DNA from: the human T2T-CHM13v2.0 reference genome, Homo sapiens
Assembly: GCF_009914755.1 (NCBI RefSeq)
Contig: NC_060929.1
Reading direction: 5' to 3' (one strand)
Length of the DNA: 64,000 nucleotides
Shown: in pieces, positions 46,923 through 59,241 of the stretch
Position numbering within the stretch: position 1 is the first letter of the stretch
Layout of the letters: each line of letters begins with the position of its first letter
The notes under the pieces: generated by a model
The model's database searches: none
What the model was told of the DNA's origin: nothing
The model's input: the letters and a program-made list of their open reading frames with translations, nothing else
Made by a program: the position numbers and the translations under genes

Positions 46923-47301
46923 CATGGAATACTACTCAACCATAAAAAGGAATGAAATAATGTCATTCACAGCAACCTAGATGTAAATGGAGACTATTAT
47001 TCTAAGTGAAGTAACTCAGGAATGGAAAACCAAACATCATATGTTGTTACTCATAAGTGGAAGGTAAGCTATGAGTATGCAAAGGCATAAGAATGATACA
47101 ATGGACTTTAGGGACTCAGGCAAAAGGGTGGAAGGGCGGTGAGAGATAAAAGACTACACATTGGGTACAATGCACACTGCTCGCGTGATGGGTGCACCAA
47201 CATCTCAGAAATCACCACTAAAGAACTTATTCATGTAACAAAACACCACCTGCCCCCTAAATACCTATTGAAATAAAAAATAAATTAATTTTAAAAAAAG
47301 A
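45978..47301 (+). mobile_element. L1PB-type element with 5' inversion
   Basis: Minus-orientation ORF2 segment ~45978-46776 joined to plus-orientation 3' end ~46777-47300; TSD agtagagaaactt at 45965-45977 and 47302-47314. Confidence 0.9.
46866..46919. repeat. (TG)/(TA)n microsatellite inside the L1
   Basis: Perfect TA run at ~46880-46919. Confidence 0.97.
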
Positions 47302-48344
47302 AGTAGAGAAACTTGATGAGTCTGTGGGGTATGCCAATTAGCCCAGAATATCCATGTCTTCTCATCCCTCATTGGTTGAGGGTTCACAGACCTACTGTGC
47401 AAGCACTGGGGTGGCCAAGGGCAGAGATGGGTCAAACCATCCTGGCCTGTGTCATTCAGAACTTCCTCTGCAGTGAAGGCTCTGGCTCTCTGGTGGGCAT
47501 TGATTTGAGACACACGAACAGGCAAAGGAGTTTGCACTTTAAATCACTGTGTAATCATGGAGTGATTTAAAGCAGGTAAATTGTGCTTCTTCTGGGAAGC
47601 TGTACTTCTTTTTGGAGTCTCCAAACCAATCCCTGGGACCCCACAATGCTGTGTGATGCGGTTCCACTCTTCTCAGCCACCATTCAGGTAATGGTAGCTC
47701 TTCTTCCTGGGACTGAGACATGAGGAACATCCCCCTTCCTTGCATCTTACCAGATGCCACATTTACTGAGGCGAGACATTTTCTGAGTGACAAAAACTAC
47801 CTTATCCTAGATGTGCAGATAATATAGGAACAAACAACATAGAGAGATTCAGTTATGGGCCTATAAAGCAAACTCAGGGTACGGCCCTGAATGGCCTAGA
47901 GTTTCCTTTAGTTCATCTCTCTCCTTCTTAACAAGAATGTTTTCCAGACATCAAAATCTGCCTCTTTCAGAAAAAAGTATCTCTTGTGGGCATTTTCATC
48001 TTCCTTTCTCATCTCTACCCTACCACACACTTCTAAGTGACACACTGCCTTCCCCTTTGAGCCACCAGAGGAGGCTAGAGACCTCTTCCGAGTTTCTTTC
48101 TCTGACCCTGCCTGGGGCAGCTTCTTCCCTTTTGCTTGTTAAGATCCTGAAGCCATTCTGACTTTAGGCAATTATTTGTCAAACACATTCTATGATGTAG
48201 TAACTGTGCTAGAACCTTGGAATACAACAGATGGAGACATCCATCTTGTTTTCCCAACAGAAATAAACTTGAAACACAGCTCAACTCAAATCAGTAGACA
48301 TTTGTGGAGTATCTACTGTGTGCCAGGTGCTCTTTTAGGGCTGG

Positions 48345-48800
48345 AGAGAGTATAAGGATGCTTTCAGCTGTGAGCAAAAGTCTCTAACTTAAAGTGGCTC
48401 TAAAAAATAAAAAAGAGGAAATGTATTACTACACAACAGAGGTAGGGCTGTTCCAGACATGGCACACCAGGGTTCTGGCACCACTTCTCTGAAATTCACT
48501 TGACTCTTACATCCTTCATGTGTTATGTCATCAGGCTCCCTCCCCTCCATGATTCCAGGATATTTGCAAAGTTCTATATGTCACATTCAAGCAAATAATG
48601 TCTAAAGACACAAATGGGACTTCTTTGCTGCATTTATATTTTCGGGAGTAAGGAAAGCTTTCCCAAAAGCTGTCTAGAAATCTTCCCTGCAAATGTCATT
48701 GAGCAGAATTGTGTTACAAATCCATGCCCAAACCAATAACTGAAAGGGAGAGATGAATTATCATGACTGATTTGGACCAATTAGAATGTAATGAGCCCAT
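48345..48800. mobile_element. MLT1J/K-like LTR relic
   Basis: ggatgctttcagctg...aacttaaagtggct...tcattgagcagaattgtgttacaaatccatgcccaaaccaat. Confidence 0.55.
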
Positions 48801-51800
48801 TCCCTAAAGCCCACTCCCTAAAGGTCATGTGAAAAGTGGTAGATCTCAGTTTGCTGAGGGGGTCGGAGCTCTGGGCAAGAATCTCGAGAGCTTGTCAGAA
48901 GAAGATGGCAGTGGAGTCATGCGTTGCACTGGAAGAAATTAACAAAGATCTGGAGATGCCCACCAACCAAGAGAAGACATGTCCAAGCTGTCCTGTGGTC
49001 CAGTGAGTGGCAGATCCACACTTAGATGGATGCAACCTTGAATTAACTGACTAGATTAGTAAAAGAAGTCTACCCAGAAGCTAGAAAGAAGGGCACAAAC
49101 TTCAATTTTGCAGTTGTTTTATGGATCTTAAAAGACATTGCTATCAAGTAAAGGAAACTGGAAGTGTCATGTCTGGTAGAAAAGGGGTGAATGATGAATA
49201 ACCCTAAAGTGGCAGCAGTTCCAAATAGATTATTTGCACATAGCAATTACTCCTCCAAACCAGGCACCACTTCTCTCAGGGCACATGAGACCATATTAAA
49301 TTTTATTTACTATTTTTTGCATTTATTTTCCAATTAGTTATGTAAAATTCCTTATATAGTCTTTTTCATCTTATTTCCATTGAGCCTTTAAACTCTAAAC
49401 ACACTGTAATGCATCTATGTAGGAGTTATATTTGGTTGTGCTATGGAATGAGCATTAATAGAAGGTCCATATTGTTTCAAGCCCTGCTGTAAAATATGAA
49501 AAGTGCTCTTAGCATTCTGTATAAAACTGTATTGTTAAATATATGTGTGTAGTTTTTGAAAAGGTAAATCCCTAAATAAAATCAGGATTCTCTGAGGTAA
49601 GCATAAAGTATCATATGTGTATGGAAGCTGGACTGGATGTTGGTAGGGCAACCAGCAGAGTTGGATAGAAGATTGATCTGGTGCCTTTTTAAATATGATT
49701 GGTTATTCCTTATAGTTTCCTATTGCCTGCACATATTTTTCTTCAAGTACAGTGAAAATTATGACCAATAGTTCTAACTATTGAAGTTTAACTAAAGAAG
49801 TCTTTCTTCAGGAAAAGATTGAAGTTTCTTTTGTTATATCTGCTGGTGCTACTTCATGTTATCATGCTTCCTTGTGTGTTGTTATTTTATGTGCTTCATT
49901 ATTTTCTAACTTTCATTTATTTATGTGATTTTTTTTTGAAGTCCAGGATGAGGGAGGGCTCCTCCACATAGGATTTGCATTTCTTTCTATCAGGGATCTG
50001 GGAAATTACCAACCCAATATTAAACTGAATTCATAGTTTGTTGAGAATTTGGTGCTAGAGAGCTCTATGACTTGTATTCAGTTGAAATTTCTCAGGTAAG
50101 CATATTCTACCTCTACTCCATAGCCACATTCTCTTGCTTTACTAAGCATCAAGGCAACATTTTCAGCAGTCCCCTATATTGGTAGAGGTAGGGAGCATTG
50201 ATCTCTGGTTTCCCTTACACTGAAAGTGTAAACCTTCAGGTTGCTTGTAATGGAGGGTGGGCTGTGCCTCACTATTAGATTCAATAACTTGGGCAGGTCC
50301 TAGGTTTTGTCTTGTATCCCCCTCACGTTAAAAAGGCAACGAAAACCTACCCCATCATATTACTATCAAACATCTCGTAAAAGGATAGGAGGATGGCTGT
50401 TTAAGAAGTATTCATTAGAATTTTACCATTTAGCAAAACCCAAATGAAATAGTGGATAAGTAGCAATAATCATCAACAACTGCTAACATCACAAAAGTGA
50501 CAATTAGTATATGCCTCCTAATTAAACGACACATATGTAGTAGTTTCATTTAAAAAAAAACAAAACCTGCCTCTGATAAGCCTCTCGATCTATTTTCTGG
50601 ATTGCAGGAAATACAGGGAGCAGCAGAGCATGTTAAATAGCATAACGGGAACGAAATCAGTAAAATCCAGACTGTGGAGAGCTCTACAGGACATATGGTT
50701 TCTTCATCCATAGTAAATTCTGAAGGGAAAAGAAAGGAAGGATGAACCAATAGATAAATAGAGATTTAAGAGACATATCAACCAATTGCAATGTATGGTA
50801 GACCTTATTTGGATCTTGATTCAAACAAACTAATTTTTAAAAACATAAAATAAGAGGGCGAGTAGGAAGGTAGGAGACAGGGGTGTCTATGGAAACAATG
50901 TGAGTTACCCAAACTCAGTGTGGCAGCACCCTTCTGGTTCTGGTTGCTGATCTTCCACAATTTTGGAAAGGAAATGGGGGCACCAGCCACAAGAGCAATC
51001 CACTTGCCAAACTGCCTTCCTAGAACCAGGACCTGTCCACATGTCCATGGCTGACTTCATAAGTGGGAGCTCTGCAGCTCCTTGGGGCATTTGGTCAAGA
51101 CTACAATGAGTTTTGGAGTCAGAGGAAAGCTGAAGAGCACACTGAAGGGGAGAAACAGGGATAGGGTCCATGTGGATCTGGGTGTAGGCTTAAAGGACCC
51201 CACCAATAGAACCTGGCCACCAGAGAGGTGGCCTCTTAAACTTTAGAGTTGTTTAATATATGGAGCATGGAGACCAACCCCTTGTTTGCCCAGGTCCAAG
51301 GATTGTACTGGTTGGAATGAATACCTGTGTGTATACTAAATTGCCAAGGATTAAGGCAGGATTAGTGTTCAGGAAGTGACATCAACTTAGGAGTCAATCA
51401 GGAAAGTTGTAGAGTCACCTGGAGGTCTGAGCATGCTAGCCACATCTAAGAGTAGTGGGTGAAATAACCTGATGAAAGGAGATTTATAGCAGTAGGTTTC
51501 AGGGAGGAGGGATGAAGAATGTTCTGGAAGTAGCAATGCAGAACAAGGACATCACCTTCCTATCTCCAGACACAAGTGATGCAAGCATTGGAGGGAAAAG
51601 TCAGCCATCACTTGAGAGGGTTGTGGGAGAGCAGCCTCTTAGGAGGGCAAGCCATACTTCCATGAGAATAGAAAGGTGAAGAGAATACTTGGAGATGAGG
51701 TTGAGGATATTGGGCATTTTGCTAACAGTGGACTTTGAAGTCCAGGAGGCATAGTCAGAGGGTTTCAGGAGCTGGATAGTGAGAAAGGGACAGAATACTG

Positions 51801-51943
51801 GATGTGCTGAGCCTTATGAGTATTAGAATGTAAGAGATGAGAAAAGCACTTGAGATTTTGGGGCTTCTTGTGTTCACTGATACAAGCAGGCATTAAGGGC
51901 TTAACAAGACGAACATTGGTAGACTCAAAACATACTGTTTTGA

Positions 51944-53623
51944 CTCCCGCGGGCCACAGCCTGACATGGGCATGCCCCTACCCCCTGGCTCCCACAGCCA
52001 CCTACCGGAGGCATGGCACAGGGAGGGCCTCGCCTCACTGTCACAGCAGCATGGCACAGCAAGATCAACTTCATGCTCGGTGCCAAAGCTGATGGCAAGA
52101 CCATTCTAAAAGGCCTCCAGTCCATTTTCCAGGAGCAGGGGATGGCAGAGTCTGCACACCTGGCAGGTTAATGGCTAGTTAGCAACCTACAGACAGAAAC
52201 ACAAAAACAGCATCTTTGCCAATTTGAGAATTTACCTACATGGATTGGTGTTGCTGGACCTTCAGAGTTACAATGATGACTTGCAGGGCAAAGAAGAGAT
52301 CGACAGCCTTTCAAACAATGTAGAAAAAAGAATGAAAGAATTGAGTCAAGACAGTACTGGGCTGGTGAAGCGATTACCACCTGTAGTTTGAAGAGGGGCC
52401 ATCAACAGACATTGGTCCACCACCGATGGGCGCCTGGTTGAATATGACATAGATGAAGTGGTGTACAATGAAGATTCACCTTATTGGAACATTACAATTC
52501 TACACTAGAAGCAATTTGGAAATATTCTCATCCTTAGTAGGGATGTTGATTCGGCAGAGTGATTTGGCATATACCTGGGCCATCACGGGCAGCAGCAAAG
52601 CAGATTTCACTGGCAAAGAGGTACTGCTTCTCAGAGGCTGAGATGGGGGCATATTATGAGAAATAGTCAAACTAAAATCAAAGATGGTCACTATGGTAGA
52701 GATTGACCAAATGGTGATTGATGGATGTAAGAAATATATGCAAAAAACATGTGGTGATGTTGTAGACAATCTTAAAGGAGGCTGCTATCAGGCTCTGATA
52801 GAAGACTGCATTCCAATACTGAAGAGGCACACCAAAGAAGGGAGAGAATTGGATTGTGTGACTAACGATTTGACAGCTGTTCCAATCTCCACATCTCTGG
52901 AACAAGATTCCATGTGGGAGTTTCTCAGACTGATTTTTGACCCATGAATGAATGTATTGAAACAGGATGGGAAATATTTTACACAGGCAAACTGTGTCAA
53001 TCTGACAGAAGCCCTGCCACTCTATGAAGAACAGCTTGGGTGCCTGTATTGCCTTGTGGAATTCTCAAAGGAGATCGTCTATGTCCCTTCAAACTTCGAA
53101 TTGTGGGTATTTTACGCTGTCTGGAAGAAAGCTAAACCCTGAAGATGAATATCCCTTAATCACAGGTGCTGCAAATGGCCTTTTTCACTTCCATATGCTG
53201 TACATGACATTGAAACAAGTCAGGCAATTGATTGTGAATTCCTTGAAGTTTTCTTTTTAATTATTATTTTTAATTTTAAAAAGCAAATGGCAAATGTATA
53301 TTTTGATGAGCTTAGGGTGTTTTTTTTTTTGAAAGCCAGCTGAAGGATGGTTCAACAGCACAGCAAAGACTGCCAAATGCACTAACACCCTAGAATGTGA
53401 TTTTTGTTACTTTTTATTTCTCCGTGGGCTTTGTTTTTTTGTTTTGGTTGTGATAGACTTTCAATTTGGATGTTTGGAGGAATGAACATCATTGTTTTGT
53501 TCTGGAGGGAAGTTCTTGGTGGTGTTTCTTTCACCCAATATTGACTTAGATATTAAAATGTGGTGCTTATAAGACAGAGTTTAAAAAAAATGAATAGTAA
53601 TACTTCGATTAAAATTACAAAAG
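51944..53623 (+). pseudogene. SMS: Processed pseudogene of spermine synthase
   Basis: Intronless 5'UTR-CDS-3'UTR; [29 protein letters not shown] and [11 protein letters not shown]...VWKKAKP* (stop 53140-53142) match SMS; ATG replaced by GTC at 52040; several stops and frameshifts; attaaa 53608-53613; decayed TSD 51921-51943 / 53624-53642. Symbol refers to the parent gene. Confidence 0.95.
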
Positions 53624-55766
53624 AGACAAAAAATAGTTTTGAGTGTTGTGGAAGCTGAGTGTTGGGGTAAGAAGAGTAGGTGTCTGCACTTTGCTATAGA
53701 CTCCTGATGATAGTGAGGAGAAGTGGAGAGCTGTGTGGACTTGGTCCAAGAGTATGGGGCTGTCTTCAGACATCTGCTGTGGAAGCCAGGTGTAACTCTG
53801 ACTTTCCAGAGCATCTTACAAAACCAGTTCTCCAAAGCGCAGGCTTTGGAAAACCTTGCCCTGACTACTAAAAGAGGAAGAGCAACTGACATTTATTCTA
53901 TACCCATTGTGTACTAGGCACTGTGCTTCTTGTGTATATTATAAAATATAACCACTATAGCATCTGTACTTAGTGTGAATTATTTTTATGAAAACCACTT
54001 TGCTGATGCGAAAACAGACCTCTCATGCTCATTAGGTGTCTTTCACAGCTTGTTTTTTAGCATCACAAGACGACACCCTGCATTGAGGAACAAAAGTCCT
54101 GAGGTGTAGGAGAGCAATGACTTTAGAGTACTGGGATTCTGTGGGGATGGAGGGTATACCCCTTTTCACTCCATCCGCTTCTACAAGACAAGTGTTTTCA
54201 GAAGAGAGAAAACATTTCATTATAATGAAGGCATGAATAAAACTAGTCTGAGTGCTGGATCCAAGGGGCCTGGGGCCAAGGTGTGTGCCAGGCAGGACCC
54301 TAGAACCAGAACTGCTTTAGAGGGCAAGTCCAGGAACCAGGGCACAACATCATCATGACACAATGTTTCATGTCCTCCAAAGACACAACGTTAAAATAGC
54401 CTTTTCCAGTGCAACCTGGTCTTAAATGGGATGTTTCAGGCAAAATCACAATCAGGGATTTTCCTAAAGGAGCTGTTACCTTCAAATGCATCAAGACACG
54501 AAAATCCAGAAGTAGAAAAATCAACCCACTTTAAAAAAATATCTTCCACGGACAAGATAGGAGAATAATTTAAGGAAGATACAGCATAGCATAAAGAACG
54601 TTGATCACGTTTAAAGTTTGTTTCATGGTTTTCTGAACTTCCATCACTTGGAGAAACAATCCATTATTCTGCAACAGTTTAGGGGAGGTTCTCAAAAAGG
54701 TAACCGTTTGAGAACTCAGTGAATTGCCAGCACATTTTGCAGTTGGAAGCTCAAATTTTTATAAATAACATGCGGGGAATCCAGATAGGATTTATTTTTT
54801 AATTTCACAATTGTATTTCCAATGCTGGATTCATAGGCACTTCCTTGTCATAGTAGCAGCACATTAATTTTAGCCTAAATAATTATTTAAATTATTTAAC
54901 TATTTAAATTATTTAACTATTTAAATAATTATTTTACTAAGAAGAATCCACGAAATGAAAATGAGCACGTTCACTAATTTTCATATTGCCTGACCATCTC
55001 ATAGCACCATGGTCACAGACTGCAAAGCCTCTCACCGGAACAAGACAGACCAGCAAGGAAGTGTAGGTTCAACAGCACATGAGAATCATAACTTTTAGTT
55101 CCAGAGTGTCTGAACCAGAGAGGAGGGAAAATGAGAGGCCAAGAGTTGTCTCCATTTTCTTCTCTTCACAGTATCCTGCATAGTGGCACAAATCGAACTG
55201 GAAAGCCCAAGCTAACAACACCGCCCTGGGCGAACCGCCTGTCTCCACCGGCTCCTCTGGGCAGGAGGCTCCAGCCTGGGGGTGCCTGACAGCTCTCCTT
55301 CCCCGGCGCCTGTATTATACATGTAACATTTATATTTCTATCCACACAGCGTTCATTCAGCCATCCATTCAATCACCCAGGCATATTTACACGGATGGAA
55401 CACATTCGCGGAGAGATGTGTGTGTTTGAGTTCCAATCACTGCAGCCCGTATTGGCGCGGCGCTTTGTCTCGCTTTGGGTCACCACCACAGGAGCAACGA
55501 TTTCGGGGACGGCACACGCCTGTGTGACCGCTTCCCACTCCACTTGGGTTCCGTGAGCGCGCGGAGCCGGAGGAGTCAGGGACGTGAGGATGCCCTACTT
55601 CCCGCAGCATCCGGATGGCAGGGTCTGCGTCGGAAGGCCCGGGAGGGCGACGCCCTCCACTGCTGCCGCGGGGTGGGTGCGCCAGGCCTGGGTGTGGCCT
55701 CACGGGAGCGAGTTTCTCTCCAGCCGCCTGGCCCACCGCTTTGGAACAGTGAAGCTCGAGTTGGGG

Positions 55767-55878
55767 TCTCCTGCACGCCAAGGGGAGAAATGTTTGTTTC
55801 TGACAACACAAGCAAAATTCTCTCTCCTGCACGCCAAGGGGAGAAATGTTTGTTTCTAACAACACAAGCAAAATTCTC
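55767..55878. repeat. 56-bp tandem duplication
   Basis: tctcctgcacgccaaggggagaaatgtttgtttct(g/a)acaacacaagcaaaattctc x2, one mismatch. Confidence 0.97.
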
Positions 55879-56018
55879 TCTCTCTCTCCCTCTCTCTCTC
55901 TCTTCTCTCCTCTCTCTTTCTCCCTCCTCCTCCTTTCTTTCTTTCTCTTTTTCTTTCTTTCTTTCTTTCTTCCTCCTCCTCCTCTCTCTCTCTCTATCTC
56001 TCTCTCCACCCCCCCCTC
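55875..56018. repeat. Polypyrimidine (CT/CTTT/CCT) tract
   Basis: ~140 bp almost exclusively C/T. Confidence 0.95.
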
Positions 56019-56519
56019 ATATTTGGTTGTTTCCCCTCTAAGGGGCCACTTTCAATATCTGCCTGTGAGCCCAGCTGTCTGGCCCTATGTAGCATTGGGG
56101 AGACACTAGACTTAACCCAGCGAAGTTTTCTTCTGTTTGCTCTTGCTGTGCCCAAGTTTCCTCTGGACTTGTCTTCCAGCGTCGGGGTGGGGGCTGGGGG
56201 AAGTAGGCAACCTAGCTCTGCCTGGTTGCTCCCTGGAAGCCAAGTCGAAGTGAACAAGTCAGTCCCAGGCCCGGAAATAGAATACAAACCCTCTTTTTGT
56301 CCGGTGCTAACAGAATCCAGCAGTCAGAACTCCCTCGCGTCTCACGCTGGACCTGACCCGGGGCGCCGCCAAGTGCGCAACGCACAGTCACAGTTGGTGA
56401 CTAATTAAGGACTGCCGCCCCTCTCCTTCACCTGCTACAAACTCAGAGCCCTGACTTCTCCAGAAGTACCTACCACTTGGAGGTGGCTCTCCTTCCCCGC
56501 CCCCTGCCCCAGTCCCACA

Positions 56520-56883
56520 CCGCAGCAGCGCCTCAGCACCGCGACTTGCCGGAGCACCGCGAGTGGCGCGCGGGTCCCGCCTCCCCCGCGCGCCGTGACT
56601 CCCTGCGCACCGCTGGTACTCTCGCCACGCCGCCGCCCGGCACTGCAGCACCAGGGGGAGGAGGCAGGCGGAGGAGAGGAGGAGGACCGCAGCGTGCAAG
56701 CCGGGAGCCACTTTCCCGCCCCTCCTCTCGCCGCTGACACGCTCAGAGGAGTCACCACTCCGCGCGCTGCAGGCGAGAGTGGCAGACGGAGGCAGCCCGG
56801 GGAAGCGAGCCGGAGCGGCGCCCGCACTGAGGCGGCTGCAGTGCTGACACCACTCAGGGCAAGGGTCTCCGACGGCTGGAGCG
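56520..56883 (+). other. SV2C: Non-coding first (5'UTR) exon, tentatively of synaptic vesicle glycoprotein 2C
   Basis: Follows a GC box inside the CpG island; contains no ATG; ends gagcg|gtgagt (donor GT at 56884). Gene identity is from recalled mRNA sequence and is unverified; start approximate. Confidence 0.6.
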
Positions 56884-59195
56884 GTGAGTGGGGGAGGTGA
56901 AGCGGGCATCCGCGGGGAGACTTTCCCCCGCTGCTGGATTTCTCTTCCCGACTGGTGGCCGGGCGCTGCAGCCTGGGGAAGTTTTTGCAGCCTTTCGGAA
57001 GCGCAACTTTGCCCCGCCTGCCCCCGGGGAAGCGGCTGCAGGTGCCCGCTGCTTTGTAGGCGCCTTTGTTGGAGAGGGACCAGGAAAGTAGGGGTAAAAT
57101 AGATGCAGTGACCCCAGGGTTCGCTAGGGTAGGTCTGGGGACTGGGTCGCACTTTATCTGGGATTCCCAGAGGAGGTGGGTGGGCAGCAGCGGGGATGCA
57201 GGGGCCGCATCTGCAGCGACCGCCACGCTCTTTTTTGCTTGTGTGGTTTGACCGGCAGGGATAGGCAGATTCAAATCTAGCAGCCTAGAGCCCCGGGCTG
57301 GGTACCTGGACCTATACCTTCATAGCTGCCTTAGGCTCAACTTTTCGGCGGGGATCCCTCTGCAGACGTGCAGGTGGCGGGAGAGCAGAGGTAGCCGCAG
57401 TAAGTGCTGAGAGAGCCTGAAAGAAACACCATGAATTTTCAAACTCTCCCACATACATTCCCGAAGCGCCTGTCTGGCGTCTAAGAGAGAGCAAGAGAGG
57501 GCTGGAGAGCAGGGGAGCCCGCGGGGCTGAGGCTCTTTGTCAGCGCCTGCACTTCCTACGTTACAACGCCTTCATTCAGCAAAAACCTTTTGGGCGCCTG
57601 CTGTGCGCCAGGCCAGGCGAAGCAGACCCGAGGCTGTGAAGCTCAGAGGGGAGAGGGACCAATCGCAGTAAATAAGCTACCGAGGTAATCTTAGATGGCG
57701 ATGAGGGCAGCAAAAGCCATCAGCCGACCCTCTGACCCTTTCTCTTAGTGGGCTTTTCCCCTTCCGCCTGGGTTCTAGAACTGGGAAGACTTTTCTCCAG
57801 AGCGTCGCGGGGAGCGCCCCGGGCTGGGCCCACGGGGACTGCGGAATACGGGGATGAACTTGGCTTGGGGCAGCCAGCACCCCACGGCAGATGAACAATC
57901 GGGAGCAGATCTGTGGGCGTGCGGGGACCTTAGGCGGCGCGCGGGGGCGGGGGGAGGGGCTGAGCCACGGGGGCTAGAGGTGCCGCCTGGACGGCCTGAG
58001 CTGGGGGCGCTCGCGTCACCTTCTACGTGTGCGAGTGATGCAAATGCAGACCCGCGAGGGGCGGGCGGGGGTGGCGGGCGGGGGCAGGCGACGGAGTCTC
58101 CGTCTGGGAGCGCGCGTGTGTGCGTCAAAAGCTCTGGGTTGATGGATGCCCCGCGGCGCGCCTGGCGCGGAGAGCGGCGACCCGGCGGGGCAGAGGGGGG
58201 CGGGAGGACTGCGGCGGCGCGGGGCGGCGAGGAAAGCCCCGCACGGCCTGGGCTGGCGGGCAGGCGGCTCCGCAGTGCGCCGCAGTGCCGGGAAGGAGCC
58301 GCAGCTACCGGGCGCTCCCCGGGGGACCGAGGAGATGAGGCGTCTTTTAAGGCTCATGAGAGCCTTAAGGAGATGAGACCGGGATGCCGTGATGGTCTCC
58401 TCTCCCGCTGAACCTAATCCCTTCATACTTAGCTGACTGCTAGCGCGGTAGCTTCCGTTTAATTCTTATCCTTAATTCTGAAGAATGTGGCATTAATCTC
58501 TCAGGCGTTCACTCATTTTCCATGGCAAGTTCCGAAAGGCCTCGTGCTCGTGGGAAGTTTTCATGTGAACGCCTAGGTGTTGAGGTTCGTGAGGTTCTGT
58601 AGTGCCAACCCGTTGCGCCACCATTCTGCAGGATTTTTGGCAGGAGGCCTGGCCTCTAAGTGAGGTTTAAGAATGTCTTACAAAACAATATGCCGCATTC
58701 CTCTTTCATGGCATAAAAATACGCGTTAAAAAACACTACTGATAACGCATTCTCTGGTGGAAAATAATAAATCAAATCCACGATCCATTTTATTCTTTTT
58801 TTTAAAGACCACTTTCTGGAAACCCAGTGACAAAGTTTTTCTACTGGCTTTACTGAAGGAGCCCAAATCTGCAGTATGTAGGCAAAATGAATGAAAGGGG
58901 ACGGGGTTGGGAAAAAAGAAAGAAAGGAAGGGAGGGAGGAAGAAAAGCAATTATCAAGGAACCCAGAGACACAGATGCTAGTCACCATTTCCCCAAATAT
59001 TGTGTTATGTCACCTTGGGCAGGTTACTCACCCTCTTGGGTTCATCTTCCACCTCTGAGAATTGTGAAAAATAGCTTATACTAGCTCTTATGTACCTTAC
59101 AGGGTTGTTTTGAAGACAAAAGAGATAATCTCAGAGAGCTTTGGCTTTGGAAATACAAATTTTCCATGAATGGAAAATATTAGCAAACAAAGCCC

Positions 59196-59197
<2 letters not shown>

Positions 59198-59237
<40 letters not shown>
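59198..59237. repeat. (CA)n microsatellite
   Basis: Perfect ac repeat of about 20 units. Confidence 0.97.

Positions 59238-59241
<4 letters not shown>

Larger units (their letters stand above)
55400..58450. promoter_or_regulatory. CpG island promoter complex
   Basis: Dense CpG and high GC in blocks ~55450-55740, 56300-57300 and 57800-58450, against a CpG-poor background; GC boxes ccccgcccc at 56495-56503 and cccgcccc at 56715-56722. Confidence 0.92.

Noticed and set aside
52040-53142. SMS retrocopy as a functional retrogene
   Set aside because: Start codon lost, several in-frame stops and frameshifts
55437-58426. Long overlapping ORFs (up to 279 aa) on both strands of the CpG island
   Set aside because: Low-complexity Ala/Gly/Pro/Arg translations expected from stop-poor GC-rich DNA; no recognisable domain; many have non-ATG starts
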